Source of the DNA: a bacterium
Lineage (GTDB): Bacteria; Electryoneota; Electryoneia; Electryoneales; Electryoneaceae
Direction of reading: 5' to 3'
Length of the DNA: 64,000 bases
NCBI GenBank assembly: GCA_963669175.1
Contig: OY769902.1
Coordinates: 1,216,001-1,280,000 of the forward strand
Both the position numbers and the translations under genes were made by a program. The notes beneath the pieces were generated by a model. The model did not search any database. It worked only from the letters and a program-made list of their open reading frames with translations, and was not told the DNA's origin. Of the stretch, positions 39,046 to 49,344 are shown one piece after another (the stretch's first letter is position 1; every line of letters begins with the position of its first letter).

Positions 39046-40773
39046 ATGAGTCCCAGAGGCCGCAGTCGGCGTGGTCCGCAAAAGAACAAACTTCGTATCC
39101 CGAAGGCAAAATATATCTTTATTACCGGCGGTGTGGTTTCCTCGCTGGGAAAGGGTATCATGGCCGCATCGCTGGCCTTGATGCTGAAGAGCCGTGGATA
39201 CAAGGTCACCACTCTTAAATCCGATCCCTACCTGAACGTCGATCCGGGCACGATGAATCCGTTCCAGCATGGCGAAGTGTACGTCACCGATGACGGCGCT
39301 GAAACCGACCTGGACCTGGGGCATTACGAAAGGTTCACCGGGATTTCCATGACGCGGCTGAACAATGTCACGTCCGGCCAGATTTACGAATCGGTGATCC
39401 AGAAGGAACGTGATGGTGAGTACCTGGGCGGTACCGTGCAGGTGATTCCGCACGTGACCGATGAGATCATCTCCAATATCGCGTTGCTGGCCAAGCAGAC
39501 ACCGAAGCCGGAAATTGTGATTGTGGAAGTCGGGGGTACGGTTGGCGACTATGAAAGCCTGCCGTTCTTCGAAGCTTTCCGCCAGTTCAAGCAGAAGGTG
39601 GGACCTCGTGATGTGCTGTTCATTCACCTGACCCTGTTGCCTTATGTGGCTGCGGCTGGCGAACTGAAGACCAAGCCGACGCAGCACAGTGTCAACAAGT
39701 TGCGTGAAATCGGCTTGCAGCCGGATATCATCGGCCTGCGTACACAGCACCCGGTATCCGAAGACATCAAGCAGAAGATCGCCCTGTTCTGTAGTGTGGA
39801 TGTGAAAGACGTCGTCGCGGTGCAGGACGCCAAGTCGATCTATGAAGTGCCGTTGATGCTGGAAGAAGAAGGGCTGGCGCGTTCGGTGATGAGCAAGCTG
39901 AGCCTGAAAGCACGCAAGCCGAACATGACTGAATGGGCGAAGCTGGTTGACCGGATCAGGAAGCCGTCCAAGACAATCAAGGTGGCGTTGTGCGGGAAGT
40001 ACGTCGAATTGCAGGACGCCTACAAATCCATCACGGAAGCTTTCATCCATGCCGGCGCCAAATGTGACGCTCGTGTGGAAGTTAAACGCATCGAAGCGGA
40101 AGATGTGGAAAAGTTCGGTCCGGAAGAGGTTTTCAAGGACGTTCATGGCATCCTCGTTCCTGGCGGATTCGGCACACGCGGCACCGAGGGCAAGATTATC
40201 GCAGCGAAGTATGCTCGTGAAAACAAGATTCCCTATTTCGGTATCTGCCTGGGTATGCAGATCGCGGTGATCGAGTTCGCGCGGAACGTGGCAGACCTGA
40301 AGAACGCCAACTCCAGCGAATTCCGTCGCACACGTTACCCGGTAATCGACCTGATGCCGGGCCAGCGTCGCCTGCGTCAAAAGGGCGGCACCATGCGTCT
40401 GGGCGCGTGGGCCTGCCACCTGAAACGTGGCACCAAGGCGTTTGAAGCCTACGGACAGGAGCTGATCCACGAACGCCACCGTCACCGTTATGAGTTCAAC
40501 AACAAGTACGAGCAGATCCTGACCGAAAACGGCATGATCATCTCCGGCGTCAATCCCGATGAGGGTTTGGTTGAGATGATTGAGCTGAAGGATCATCCCT
40601 GGTTCGTTGCCTGCCAGTTCCACCCGGAATTGAAGAGCCGGTTAACCGATGTGCATCCGTTGTTCTACCGTTTCATTGACGCCTCGATCAAACATCAGGA
40701 TGGCAATGGTGGCACGGTAGAAGCAGTGGAGCCCACGGAACCGGAAGAGGGGCAGGCGACCGAGGGTGCGTGA
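39046..40773 (+). CDS. pyrG: CTP synthase
   Basis: [38 protein letters not shown] and QFHPE motifs. Confidence 0.98.
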   Translation: MSPRGRSRRGPQKNKLRIPKAKYIFITGGVVSSLGKGIMAASLALMLKSRGYKVTTLKSDPYLNVDPGTMNPFQHGEVYVTDDGAETDLDLGHYERFTGISMTRLNNVTSGQIYESVIQKERDGEYLGGTVQVIPHVTDEIISNIALLAKQTPKPEIVIVEVGGTVGDYESLPFFEAFRQFKQKVGPRDVLFIHLTLLPYVAAAGELKTKPTQHSVNKLREIGLQPDIIGLRTQHPVSEDIKQKIALFCSVDVKDVVAVQDAKSIYEVPLMLEEEGLARSVMSKLSLKARKPNMTEWAKLVDRIRKPSKTIKVALCGKYVELQDAYKSITEAFIHAGAKCDARVEVKRIEAEDVEKFGPEEVFKDVHGILVPGGFGTRGTEGKIIAAKYARENKIPYFGICLGMQIAVIEFARNVADLKNANSSEFRRTRYPVIDLMPGQRRLRQKGGTMRLGAWACHLKRGTKAFEAYGQELIHERHRHRYEFNNKYEQILTENGMIISGVNPDEGLVEMIELKDHPWFVACQFHPELKSRLTDVHPLFYRFIDASIKHQDGNGGTVEAVEPTEPEEGQATEGA

Positions 40774-41944
40774 ACTAAAGCTCAGAAAAGATGAAGAAAA
40801 GCGCATCCGCAGGGGATACCTCTGGGTGTTTGCCAACCAGGTCGCGGATGACCTGAAAGAGTATGAACCCGGTGAGGATGTATCGGTTTTTGCTTCCAAC
40901 GGCGCGCCGCTGGGATCGGGAACGGTCAGTCCGCATTCGTTGATCGCGGTACGGATGCATGACCGTAACATCAAGCAGCCCCTGGACAAGGCATTCCTGA
41001 AACGGAAGATCAAGACCGCGTGGGCTCGACGCCTGCGTTGGGGTTATGAGGATGCCTGCCGGGTTGTACACGGTGAAGCGGATGGCCTGTCCGGGCTGAT
41101 TATCGACCGTCTCGGACCTGAAATTGTAGCTGTTCAGCATGGCAGCGCGGGAATGGACCGGCAGAGCGACGTCATCCAGGGTATCGTCGAGCAGCTTTTC
41201 TCGCCGAAGACGATAATTGTCGCCGATGACACCCAGGCTCGGGCACGTGAGCAGTTACCGCTCAAGCGTGACATTATCGGTGAAGGCAAAGGCGAGCTGC
41301 GCTGGTTCGAGCTGGATGAGATGCTGTGGCCGGTGGATCTTGATCCGGAAGGTGGACAGAAAACCGGATCGTACCTGGACCAGGCGCCCTCACGGCGGAC
41401 GGTTGCGATCATGGCGGAAGGCCGTAGTGTTCTGGACGCTTTCAGTTATACCGGTGGTTTCGGGTTGATGGCGGCTGCGTTTGGTGCGACAGATGTAACC
41501 CTGGTGGACCGGAGCGAACGTGCGCTGGAGATCGCCAAAGAGGCGTTTAAGGTGAATGAGCTGCCGGAGCCACGTATACTGAAGCTGGACCTGCTGAAGC
41601 AGAGCGTACCGGCGAAGGAACTGGGCGGCCCGTTTGACTTGGTGATCAGCGATCCGCCGCCCCTGGTGAAGAGCCGGGCGAAAAAGGCGGAAGGATTTAC
41701 CAAGACTGCGCAAGCATTTCAGGATGCGCTGAGCTGGACCAAGCCGGAAGGGTTGGCGGCCTTGTTTTCCTGCAGTCATTTGGCGACCTTGGCCGATGTG
41801 CAGGAACTGGTGCGCAGAGCAGCACGCAAAGCGAGAACACGAGTCACCCAGTTGCAGGCGTTGCAGGCCGGGCCGGATCATCCTGTGGCGATGGCGCACC
41901 CGGAAACCGAGTACCTGCACGGCTCACTGGTGGAGGTAGGGTAA
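40766..41944 (+). CDS. RlmI-like class I SAM-dependent rRNA methyltransferase
   Basis: PUA-like N-terminus, [31 protein letters not shown] and FSCS motifs. Confidence 0.88.
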   Translation: MRELKLRKDEEKRIRRGYLWVFANQVADDLKEYEPGEDVSVFASNGAPLGSGTVSPHSLIAVRMHDRNIKQPLDKAFLKRKIKTAWARRLRWGYEDACRVVHGEADGLSGLIIDRLGPEIVAVQHGSAGMDRQSDVIQGIVEQLFSPKTIIVADDTQARAREQLPLKRDIIGEGKGELRWFELDEMLWPVDLDPEGGQKTGSYLDQAPSRRTVAIMAEGRSVLDAFSYTGGFGLMAAAFGATDVTLVDRSERALEIAKEAFKVNELPEPRILKLDLLKQSVPAKELGGPFDLVISDPPPLVKSRAKKAEGFTKTAQAFQDALSWTKPEGLAALFSCSHLATLADVQELVRRAARKARTRVTQLQALQAGPDHPVAMAHPETEYLHGSLVEVG

Positions 41945-41945
41945 G

Positions 41946-42332
41946 ATGGAAGCAAACGCAGCATTTGCAAATTACGGCGATATTATCCGTGTCATTGACA
42001 TGTTGTTTCAGGGCCGTCATGGTTGTACCGCCAGCGAACGTGAAGTCGGCGCCACCTTTACCGTGAGCACGGAACTGTTCCTCGACACACGTAAAGCCGC
42101 AGAAACTGACCAGCTTGAGTATACGATTGATGTTGCTGCTGTCCATGAAGTGGTGAAGGCAGTAGTGACCGGTACGACCTGCAACCTGGTTGAAACAGTT
42201 GCAGAGAATATTGCGAAAGACCTGCTGACTGCGTTCCCCATTAACGCAGTACGAGTACGGATGCATAAGGACCGCTCCCCAATGCCGGGACCAACCAACG
42301 GATACGAAGTTGAGTTGTTCCGGAAGGCCTGA
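41946..42332 (+). CDS. folB: Dihydroneopterin aldolase
   Basis: F.GRHGC...ER, TDQLEYTID and LVETVAE motifs; adjacent to folK. Confidence 0.88.
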   Translation: MEANAAFANYGDIIRVIDMLFQGRHGCTASEREVGATFTVSTELFLDTRKAAETDQLEYTIDVAAVHEVVKAVVTGTTCNLVETVAENIAKDLLTAFPINAVRVRMHKDRSPMPGPTNGYEVELFRKA

Positions 42333-42825
42333 GTCCGTACTGGTGTACCTTTGCCTCGGCGGCAACCTGGGAGATGTCCCAGGTGCGTTCGCCGAGGCAA
42401 ACTTACTCCTGGCCGGTTCCGAAGGGTGTGAATGCACCCGAAAAAGCCGGTTGTATCGTTCTGCGCCCTGGGGCGATCCGGATCAGCCGGATTTTTATAA
42501 CCAGGTGGTCGAACTTACATGGTGTGGCGCGTTTGAGGAACTGACCCGGTTGATGGATGAGATCGAGCAGAAGCTGGGACGTACCCGCGACAAGACACGC
42601 CGTTGGGGACCACGAACCCTGGATATCGACATCCTGCTCTATGGCGATACGGCTGTTGATCAAGATGGCTTCGTTGTGCCGCATCGGGAATTAAGAAACC
42701 GTCTCTTCGCATTGATCCCGCTGGCAGAACTGGCGCCGGATATCGTGCCGCCCGGATGGAACTTGTCGGTGAAGGATGCGATTCAGGCAACGACAGATAC
42801 GGGCTCGGTGAACGTGGTTGAGTGA
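42310..42825 (+). CDS. folK: HPPK (start codon uncertain)
   Basis: YLCLGGNLG, QPDFYN, RWGPRTLDIDIL and PH..L..R.F motifs. Confidence 0.93.
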   Translation: MSCSGRPESVLVYLCLGGNLGDVPGAFAEANLLLAGSEGCECTRKSRLYRSAPWGDPDQPDFYNQVVELTWCGAFEELTRLMDEIEQKLGRTRDKTRRWGPRTLDIDILLYGDTAVDQDGFVVPHRELRNRLFALIPLAELAPDIVPPGWNLSVKDAIQATTDTGSVNVVE

Positions 42826-42951
42826 GCGCGTGATAATGAGTGGCGTGGGCGAAAAATGGGACTTTCATGATAAGTAGAGTCAAGGGGAAGACGGAGTTTT
42901 CCCGAGTCCTTTGATTCATCTCTGAACCAGGACGATGCCTAACCTCTTCCT

Positions 42952-43166
42952 CAACGCGTTTTTCCTGACCTTTGCTCGCTCTCGCGTGGGCCGCCAACAG
43001 ACCTTACGGCCAGACATTCATGGTCTGTCTCGGGGCCATATGGCCCGTCACAGAAGATGAAGTTAGGGATCACCCGACCAGCCTCTAAACAGTTTCAAGG
43101 ATGCCCGAAGCATAGTCCCCTGTTTCGTGAGGCCTGGCGGGCAGGTCCGGTTTACAATACGCGTTG
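42952..43166 (-). ncRNA. Predicted bridge/seek RNA of the IS1111-type element (ends approximate)
   Basis: Closing stem CAACGCGU/ACGCGUUG; target-binding loop with guides AGGGGAC (43121-43115) and GAAACUGU (43096-43089); donor-like CAUGAAUGU (43022-43014). Confidence 0.8.
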
Positions 43167-43178
43167 TGGCATAGAATG

Positions 43179-44225
43179 TTAGTTTACAAGTTCTGTTGTC
43201 GTGTCGGCTTGAACAAACGGCGTTCCCCGTCGATCAACCGCCATCAGATACGCTACCAGCTTGCGTGCTACCGCCAAGGTTGCCCGGTTGGGATTGCTGC
43301 GTGCCAGTTCACGGTCATGCACAATCTGCAGCTCTGGATGCCACTGTGGCGCCAGCTTCGCCGCTTCGATCAGTTTCGTCTGCAAATGTTTGTTTCGTTT
43401 CTTGGACAACGGTCCCCGTTTCGTTTTTCCCGCTGATTCCTGCTGCGCACTACACAAACCGCAGTAACTGATTGCCTTGGAAATACTGGCAAACCGTTCC
43501 ACTTCACCCACTTCCAACGCCCATGTCAGCGCGGTCATCACACCAATGCCACGGATCGTCATCAACAACTTCACCCGATCTGCCAACAGCGAATGCGTAG
43601 CCAGCGCCTTAACCAGTTGAAGTTGCAGCGCCTCAAACAGCTCAAGGCCGGCACGATTCATTCGCAACATCTCAACCACAGTGGTCGGAATCTCATCCAG
43701 CGTATCAAGTTCAATGAGCAATTCATGGAAGTAGCGTTTGCCATGTAGACGCCTTTTCGAATACTCAGCGCCCACTTCCATCAGTAATCCGGCCGTCTTG
43801 TTCTTCAGGCTCACGGCATGCCGGACGATTTTGTTGCGAAATCGCAGCACACGGCGTAGCTCACGGATATCTGATGGTGCCATGTAACATTCCGGCAACA
43901 GGTCGATACGGAGCAGATCTGCGATACGTTTGGCGTCATCCTTGTCATTCTTTTTCTTCGCCGCCGTAATCGCCTTCAGCATCGCCGGGTGTGCCACCTT
44001 CAGTGCCGATGCATGCGGCTTCAGAAAATCATAAATCCAGCCTGTAAACAACGTCGCTTCCATCGCCGCCGCCCAGGGAGTCGGTAACTTCGCAACCCAG
44101 TTTGAAAGAGCAGGACGGGTGGATGCAACCATGCCCTGGTCAACTATCTTACCTGCCGACGTTTGAATACAATACGCAATCTTCTTCTTGTGTACGTCCA
44201 GACCGATGTAGTATACTGCCTGCAT
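43179..44225 (-). CDS. IS110-family DEDD recombinase/transposase
   Basis: YIGLDVHK, AMEAT, KNDKDDA (DEDD RuvC-like) and GIG...SYCGL....ESAG (catalytic Ser region); GAGGAGG RBS. Confidence 0.95.
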   Translation of the reverse strand: MQAVYYIGLDVHKKKIAYCIQTSAGKIVDQGMVASTRPALSNWVAKLPTPWAAAMEATLFTGWIYDFLKPHASALKVAHPAMLKAITAAKKKNDKDDAKRIADLLRIDLLPECYMAPSDIRELRRVLRFRNKIVRHAVSLKNKTAGLLMEVGAEYSKRRLHGKRYFHELLIELDTLDEIPTTVVEMLRMNRAGLELFEALQLQLVKALATHSLLADRVKLLMTIRGIGVMTALTWALEVGEVERFASISKAISYCGLCSAQQESAGKTKRGPLSKKRNKHLQTKLIEAAKLAPQWHPELQIVHDRELARSNPNRATLAVARKLVAYLMAVDRRGTPFVQADTTTELVN

Positions 44226-44908
44226 GCCAACCTCCTCGTGTAAGTACTACGGGTAACCTCGTGTTACGCCTTTAACACAAGTTAGCCCGACATGTGTGCT
44301 GCGTCGAGGTTGGCTGCTTCTACTTATGCATTATAACAGTTTCCTTTTCGTGGTTCAGAATGCAGGACATTATATCCAATGATTTTGAAAAGGAAACTGT
44401 ACCGAATTTTTCGCCTGTAATCGTTGCATGTTCCTGCGCGGAAAAATGCTGGGACAGTTACCTTTTTCGCAACAAGTTTCTCAAGCTTATCAAGTCAATA
44501 GCACTGTCATACAGTATCAAGACTGTCAACCAACCTGCCAGCGAAAACGAGTAACAGTCCCCATTTTTCAATTATAGCTTCCTGTTCCCGGTGACAAAGT
44601 TTGCGTGGCCCGATGCACACGTGAGACTGGTTGAGTTGTTGGTGTTGCTTGGATACTGTGATACTGCAATGACCTGTAACACAAGTACGAGTGGATCGGG
44701 ACTGAGCAGAAAACACCGGCAAAAGGGTACAGTCACCTTTTCGATTCATTGAATCACGGGATAGCTAACTAAAGCGCGACGAAAAGGAAACAGTCCCCTT
44801 TTGCTGCCAGATTCCTGTTCCCGGTGACATGCTGAAAAGGGAGACCCGGTGATGCGAAGCTCTCCTTCATGCCGTATTTTACGCTGAACGACAACGATGG
44901 GTTGAAGC

Positions 44909-45556
44909 TTGAGCGATCATAACTACATCGTCATCGAGGGGGTAATTGGTGCGGGCAAAACCAGTTTGGCGACCCTCATGGCAGAGCGGCTGGATGCCAA
45001 GCTGGTTCTGGAACAGCATGAAGAGAATCCTTTCCTCGTCGATTTCTATCGTGACCCGGAACATTTCGCGTTTCAGACGGAACTGTTCTTCCTGCTGAGC
45101 CGGTATCGTCAGCAGACAGAAGAGTTCACGCAGACCGATCTGTTCCAGCAGTACACGATTTCCGATTACCATTTCGCGAAAAACCGTATCTTCGCCAACA
45201 TTACCCTGGACGACCGTGAGCTGTCCCTGTACGACCATGTGGCGACGTTGCTGGAACGTGATGTCCGTACCCCGGACCTGGTGGTTTACCTGCAGTCCAG
45301 CCCGGAACGCCTGATGCGGAATATCCGGATACGGAATCGCACTTACGAACGTGAGATCAGTGGCGAGTATATCAAATCCCTCGTGGAAGCCTATAACTAC
45401 TTCTTCTTCCATTACGAAGCCTCTTCACTGCTGGTGGTCAATACCAACGAAGTGGATTTTGTCCGCAATCCGCAGCATCTGGAAGATTTGCATCAACGTA
45501 TCCTGAACACCCCGGATGGGACATCGTTCTACAATCCTTCCGGGAGGGGAAAATGA
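44909..45556 (+). CDS. Deoxynucleoside kinase
   Basis: IVIEGVIGAGKTSLA P-loop, NPFL..FY, PDLVVYL. Confidence 0.92.
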   Translation: MSDHNYIVIEGVIGAGKTSLATLMAERLDAKLVLEQHEENPFLVDFYRDPEHFAFQTELFFLLSRYRQQTEEFTQTDLFQQYTISDYHFAKNRIFANITLDDRELSLYDHVATLLERDVRTPDLVVYLQSSPERLMRNIRIRNRTYEREISGEYIKSLVEAYNYFFFHYEASSLLVVNTNEVDFVRNPQHLEDLHQRILNTPDGTSFYNPSGRGK

Positions 45557-45750
45557 GCCGCATTTTTCTTGCCCTGGCGGTATTCCTGGGCGTTTCCTGG
45601 TTGCTGAAAAAAACACGGATGTGGATGGCCAGCCAAGAGACCACACCAGAACCGGAACAGGAAGTGAAGGGCAGCCCACGCAATGTGAATCGTGAGATCG
45701 ACCCGGATGATATTATCGATGCCGAATACCACGACGTGGAAGAGAAGTAG
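45553..45750 (+). CDS. Small membrane-anchored hypothetical protein
   Basis: N-terminal TM, C-terminal DIIDAEY.DV motif, 4-bp overlap with the kinase gene. Confidence 0.7.
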   Translation: MSRIFLALAVFLGVSWLLKKTRMWMASQETTPEPEQEVKGSPRNVNREIDPDDIIDAEYHDVEEK

Positions 45751-46011
45751 TTGACTGTACAGGATGAAAAGGACACGAAGGATAGCGAGGATAAACGGAT
45801 TACAGATTCTATTGTAATGATTCAATGAACAGCATGAAGCAATGGCAAACACAAAGAAGCATAAAGCCGCATGGCCCGATTTGCCGGTTGTCAGTGATGT
45901 ATACATGAGCTTGTTGCGATGTTCGCTGGACGTGGATTTGTGATGCAGACAATGAGCAAGTCGGGAAAAGAGCAAGAGTAACATAGAAGTCTAAACGAAC
46001 GTAAAAGTATC

Positions 46012-46308
46012 ATGGGACACAAAGTACCAGGCGATGGCGAAGGTCTAAGTTATCTTCTCCTGCAACGCAGTAAAAACAACCCGCTTCCCGGGAAAGTTTC
46101 TTCCGACAATGCCGGTGTGGAACAGGCGGCGCACAAGTGGTGTACCATCGACTGCGAACACGCCGAATGGCCGCAGGACCATGTCGATGGGGCCAAGAGT
46201 TGCCGTACCTTCAGCGCCCTCTACTGCAAACTTCTGAACGAACACGTCACCCGGAACACCCCCTGCGCGGTCGAGCATGGCCAGCGCCGCCCCAAGCCTA
46301 ACTGGTGA
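46012..46308 (+). CDS. Small Cys-rich hypothetical protein (start uncertain)
   Basis: CTIDC...SCRTFSALYC...PC pattern; coding-like codon usage. Confidence 0.5.
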   Translation: MGHKVPGDGEGLSYLLLQRSKNNPLPGKVSSDNAGVEQAAHKWCTIDCEHAEWPQDHVDGAKSCRTFSALYCKLLNEHVTRNTPCAVEHGQRRPKPNW

Positions 46309-46542
46309 TCCTTCAACGGATTCACAGGCCAGACACAAGGGATTCACAGGATTAACAGGATAGCTACGGATGCACAGGATATGTTTCCTGTGTGAACATA
46401 TTCAGCCATAAAGTAGTTCTCTCAAATAAGAGTAAACTACCACGTCATCCCGAAAACGCTGCCGTTTAATGTTGTTCGGGATCTACTCCCTGGGACACTC
46501 TAGCCAAAGCAGAAATCTCTTACTAATTCACGTGTGAACTTC

Positions 46543-47631
46543 CTAACGCACCACCTCCACTGATGCCGTCGCCTTTTCAATGCCGTTCACCAGGATCGTG
46601 AAGACATGTTTTCCGGGATAGTGCTTACGTGTGGTCATATCCTGGAAGGTGTATTTGCGTTCGATGGTAGAGTTTCCCGGTTGATAGTCGTTTTCCAGGA
46701 TCTGGAAGACTTTCCGTGACGTCTTGCCATTCGCCTTGACATAATCCACCGCATATTCGAGACGAACCTTGACCTGTTGATCTGTTTCAACCAGTAGCTC
46801 AAAGGCAAAGTGTCCATTATCCCCGATTTTGATTGTATCCTGCCCCAGCGAAAAATTCCGGATCTGGATCTTCGCCGGATCACCGAAGCCGAACAGCCTC
46901 ATGGCGCGTGTGTTTCCTTTTTTCAACAGGGTACGCAGGGCGTGTTTTACCAGTTTGTCCGTGTCAGCGCCGTAGTTTCCGACCCATTGCTCAGCCAGGT
47001 CGAGCACCGGCTCCGGGTGGTCTTTGGAGATATCGTTCAGGTTATTTGATACACTGCGACGGACAAACTCGGACGGGTCCGTTTTCAGACGATCCAGGAT
47101 AGGAAGGATAAGGTGGGGATCATGTTGCAGTGCCGGGATCGCCATCGCCCAGGGCAAGCGTGGACGACATCCTTCGCTGGAGAATCGGCGCACGTTCTCA
47201 TGTTCGTCCGTAGAGCATTCCTGCATAAACGCCATGGCACGTTCCAGGTCGGCGATCAGGTAGGGACGGATAGCGAATTCCGACGAGGAGAACCGGGTGA
47301 AGTGACGCATCGCCGGGAGGGATCGGTCCCAGTCGTCCATGCCATACAGTTCGACATAATCCGGCAGGCACATCGCCTCCATACCTTTGATGTCCGGTGC
47401 GATCTCTGCCAGGAGAGTAATCGCTTCCGGGTATTCAAGTGAAAGTATTTTATGCAGCCATTCGGTGGTGCGACGCATACGTGCCTTCAGCTCAAGCTCC
47501 TCCCAGTCACCGGAACGCACGTTTTGCAGGAAGCTGTCTTTATCGAAATTTGGGCGAACATGTACAATTCTCGTGGCAAATGTCGCCAGTGATTCAGGAG
47601 TCAGGAACTGGTTTTTTAGTGGCTCTGCCAT
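46543..47631 (-). CDS. DNA alkylation repair protein (AlkC/HEAT-repeat-like)
   Basis: FSSSEFAIRP, VRRFSSEGCRPRLPW and VRRSVSNNLNDISKDHP motifs. Confidence 0.9.
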   Translation of the reverse strand: MAEPLKNQFLTPESLATFATRIVHVRPNFDKDSFLQNVRSGDWEELELKARMRRTTEWLHKILSLEYPEAITLLAEIAPDIKGMEAMCLPDYVELYGMDDWDRSLPAMRHFTRFSSSEFAIRPYLIADLERAMAFMQECSTDEHENVRRFSSEGCRPRLPWAMAIPALQHDPHLILPILDRLKTDPSEFVRRSVSNNLNDISKDHPEPVLDLAEQWVGNYGADTDKLVKHALRTLLKKGNTRAMRLFGFGDPAKIQIRNFSLGQDTIKIGDNGHFAFELLVETDQQVKVRLEYAVDYVKANGKTSRKVFQILENDYQPGNSTIERKYTFQDMTTRKHYPGKHVFTILVNGIEKATASVEVVR

Positions 47632-47804
47632 GCTTCACTCCTTGGGTTATGTTGCTGCAAAATATACATCTGTTACTTGTGAATATTCCTGTTGTAGGAA
47701 GAATTATCCGAACACGACTTCTACACCTTCACCTCCTGAGAGTTTGCGATAGAGGTCATTTCCTGCTAGCTTATGCAATTCCCCAAAGAGGAGTGTAACT
47801 GTAG

Positions 47805-48728
47805 ATGAAAATATTACTGACAGGTGGCGCCGGGTTTATCGGGTCACATGTTGCCGACTTGTTGTTTGCGCAGGGCCATGATGTTGTCGTGCTGGATAAT
47901 TTGAGTACCGGGCGACTTTCGAATGTGCCGGAGGGAGCAACCTTTGTAGAAATGGATATTCGCAGTGACGAGGTCGATGCATTCTGGGAGCAGCACAAGT
48001 TTGAAGCTATGGTGCATTGCGCCGCCCAGATGAATGTGCGCTTCAGTGTTGAAGATCCCATGTTTGACAGCGATGTGAATATCCGTGGCATTCTGAACCT
48101 GTTGGAAGCGGGACGCAAGCACGGGTTGAAAAAGGTGGTGTTCACTTCCACCGGCGGCGCGGCGTATGATGATAACGGTCCCTTCCCGACCCCGGAATCG
48201 ACACCGGCCTATCCGGTATCGCCTTACGGTATCGCCAAGGTAGCAACGGAACTCTATCTCCGTTACTACAAGATTCAATACGGTATCGATTACGTGGCTC
48301 TCAGGTTGGGGAATGTGTACGGCCCTCGTCAAAACCCTCTCGGTGAGGCGGGCGTGGTTGCCATATTTAGCCGTCGCATGTTGGAAGATCAGCAGGCGTT
48401 TATCAACGGAGATGGATTACAGACACGCGACTATGTGTTCTGCAAGGATGTTGCTCGTGCGATTCTCCTGGGTCTTGAGAGCACAAAGACCGGAGTGTTC
48501 AATATTGGCACCAGTATAGAGACGAATGTTGTTGAGCTTTTCCGCCTGGTTTGTGACGCTGCAGCCTCGACCATGGAAGAGAAACATGCTTCTGCGGCGC
48601 CGGGTGAAGTGCGTCGCAGTTGCCTCGATGCCTCCCTGGCACAAGCGGAACTGGGCTGGAAACCGGAAGTATCCTTGAAGGATGGCATTGATCAAACAGT
48701 CGAGTTTTTCCGTTCTTTCTCCGCGTGA
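47805..48728 (+). CDS. NAD-dependent epimerase (UDP-glucose 4-epimerase-like)
   Basis: TGGAGFIGS, YxxxK (YGIAK), NVYGPRQ and GEAGVV motifs. Confidence 0.93.
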   Translation: MKILLTGGAGFIGSHVADLLFAQGHDVVVLDNLSTGRLSNVPEGATFVEMDIRSDEVDAFWEQHKFEAMVHCAAQMNVRFSVEDPMFDSDVNIRGILNLLEAGRKHGLKKVVFTSTGGAAYDDNGPFPTPESTPAYPVSPYGIAKVATELYLRYYKIQYGIDYVALRLGNVYGPRQNPLGEAGVVAIFSRRMLEDQQAFINGDGLQTRDYVFCKDVARAILLGLESTKTGVFNIGTSIETNVVELFRLVCDAAASTMEEKHASAAPGEVRRSCLDASLAQAELGWKPEVSLKDGIDQTVEFFRSFSA

Positions 48729-48844
48729 ATGGAAATATGTGAATCCTGTTTGCCTACTTGCTTATGCAGGTGATAAGCTGATAAATTCTGTATCAACGGA
48801 ATTCATGCTGGGGATGGAAGGATTATTCAGGTAGAGGATAGCTG

Positions 48845-49237
48845 ATGACCAGGAAAATGCGTCTGCTGTTACCTGCTGCATTGCTGTTTGTAGTATTGCT
48901 GGCGATGGGGTGTGCAAAGGGAGATCCGCCCTGGATAGCTGAGCCTGAAGGGGTGGCTTTAAACCAGATCATAGTTATTGATGGCTATGAGGCGGAACTT
49001 GCCTGGGACCAGGCGGATGAATTCCACTTCGACAGGTATCGTATTTTGTACTCGAAGAATTTTGATACTGTTGAAACATCCACAACGTATAAAGACATTT
49101 ACGACATCGGAAGACTGAGCATGACCCTTATTCTTCCCGAACCTGATGTACAGTATTACTTCGCTATTGCCGTGTATAATGATTACGGCAATTATGCACT
49201 ATCCAATATTGTTGCCGGCAGGTTGGCCAATCCATGA
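48845..49237 (+). CDS. Lipoprotein with FN3-like fold
   Basis: Lipobox LAMG-C; L.P...YYFAI...YG..SN pattern. Confidence 0.7.
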   Translation: MTRKMRLLLPAALLFVVLLAMGCAKGDPPWIAEPEGVALNQIIVIDGYEAELAWDQADEFHFDRYRILYSKNFDTVETSTTYKDIYDIGRLSMTLILPEPDVQYYFAIAVYNDYGNYALSNIVAGRLANP

Positions 49238-49263
49238 TGCTACGAAGGTAACTCTTCAGATAT

Positions 49264-49288
49264 CCCGGCCCGAGGCCGGGTTTTTTAT
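49264..49288 (+). terminator. Rho-independent terminator
   Basis: CCCGGCC-CGA-GGCCGGG followed by T7. Confidence 0.75.
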
Positions 49289-49344
49289 TGCCCGGTGTTC
49301 AGGTATCACCAATTTGCTGGATATCGTGATGCACCGAAAAAATG

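Larger units (their letters stand above)
42861..44337 (-). mobile_element. IS110-family (IS1111-type) insertion sequence inserted in a family B repeat
   Basis: Core AC repeated at 42861-62 and 44336-37; sub-terminal IR ATAAGTAGA (42870-78) / TCTACTTAT (44319-27); removing the element restores the repeat arm GAAAAATGGGACAGTTTCCTTTTCG. Confidence 0.93.

Noticed and set aside
38965-40623. 552-aa antisense ORF (also 53235-54539, 59763-60857, 18001-19089)
   Set aside because: Shadow frames of well-supported genes on the opposite strand
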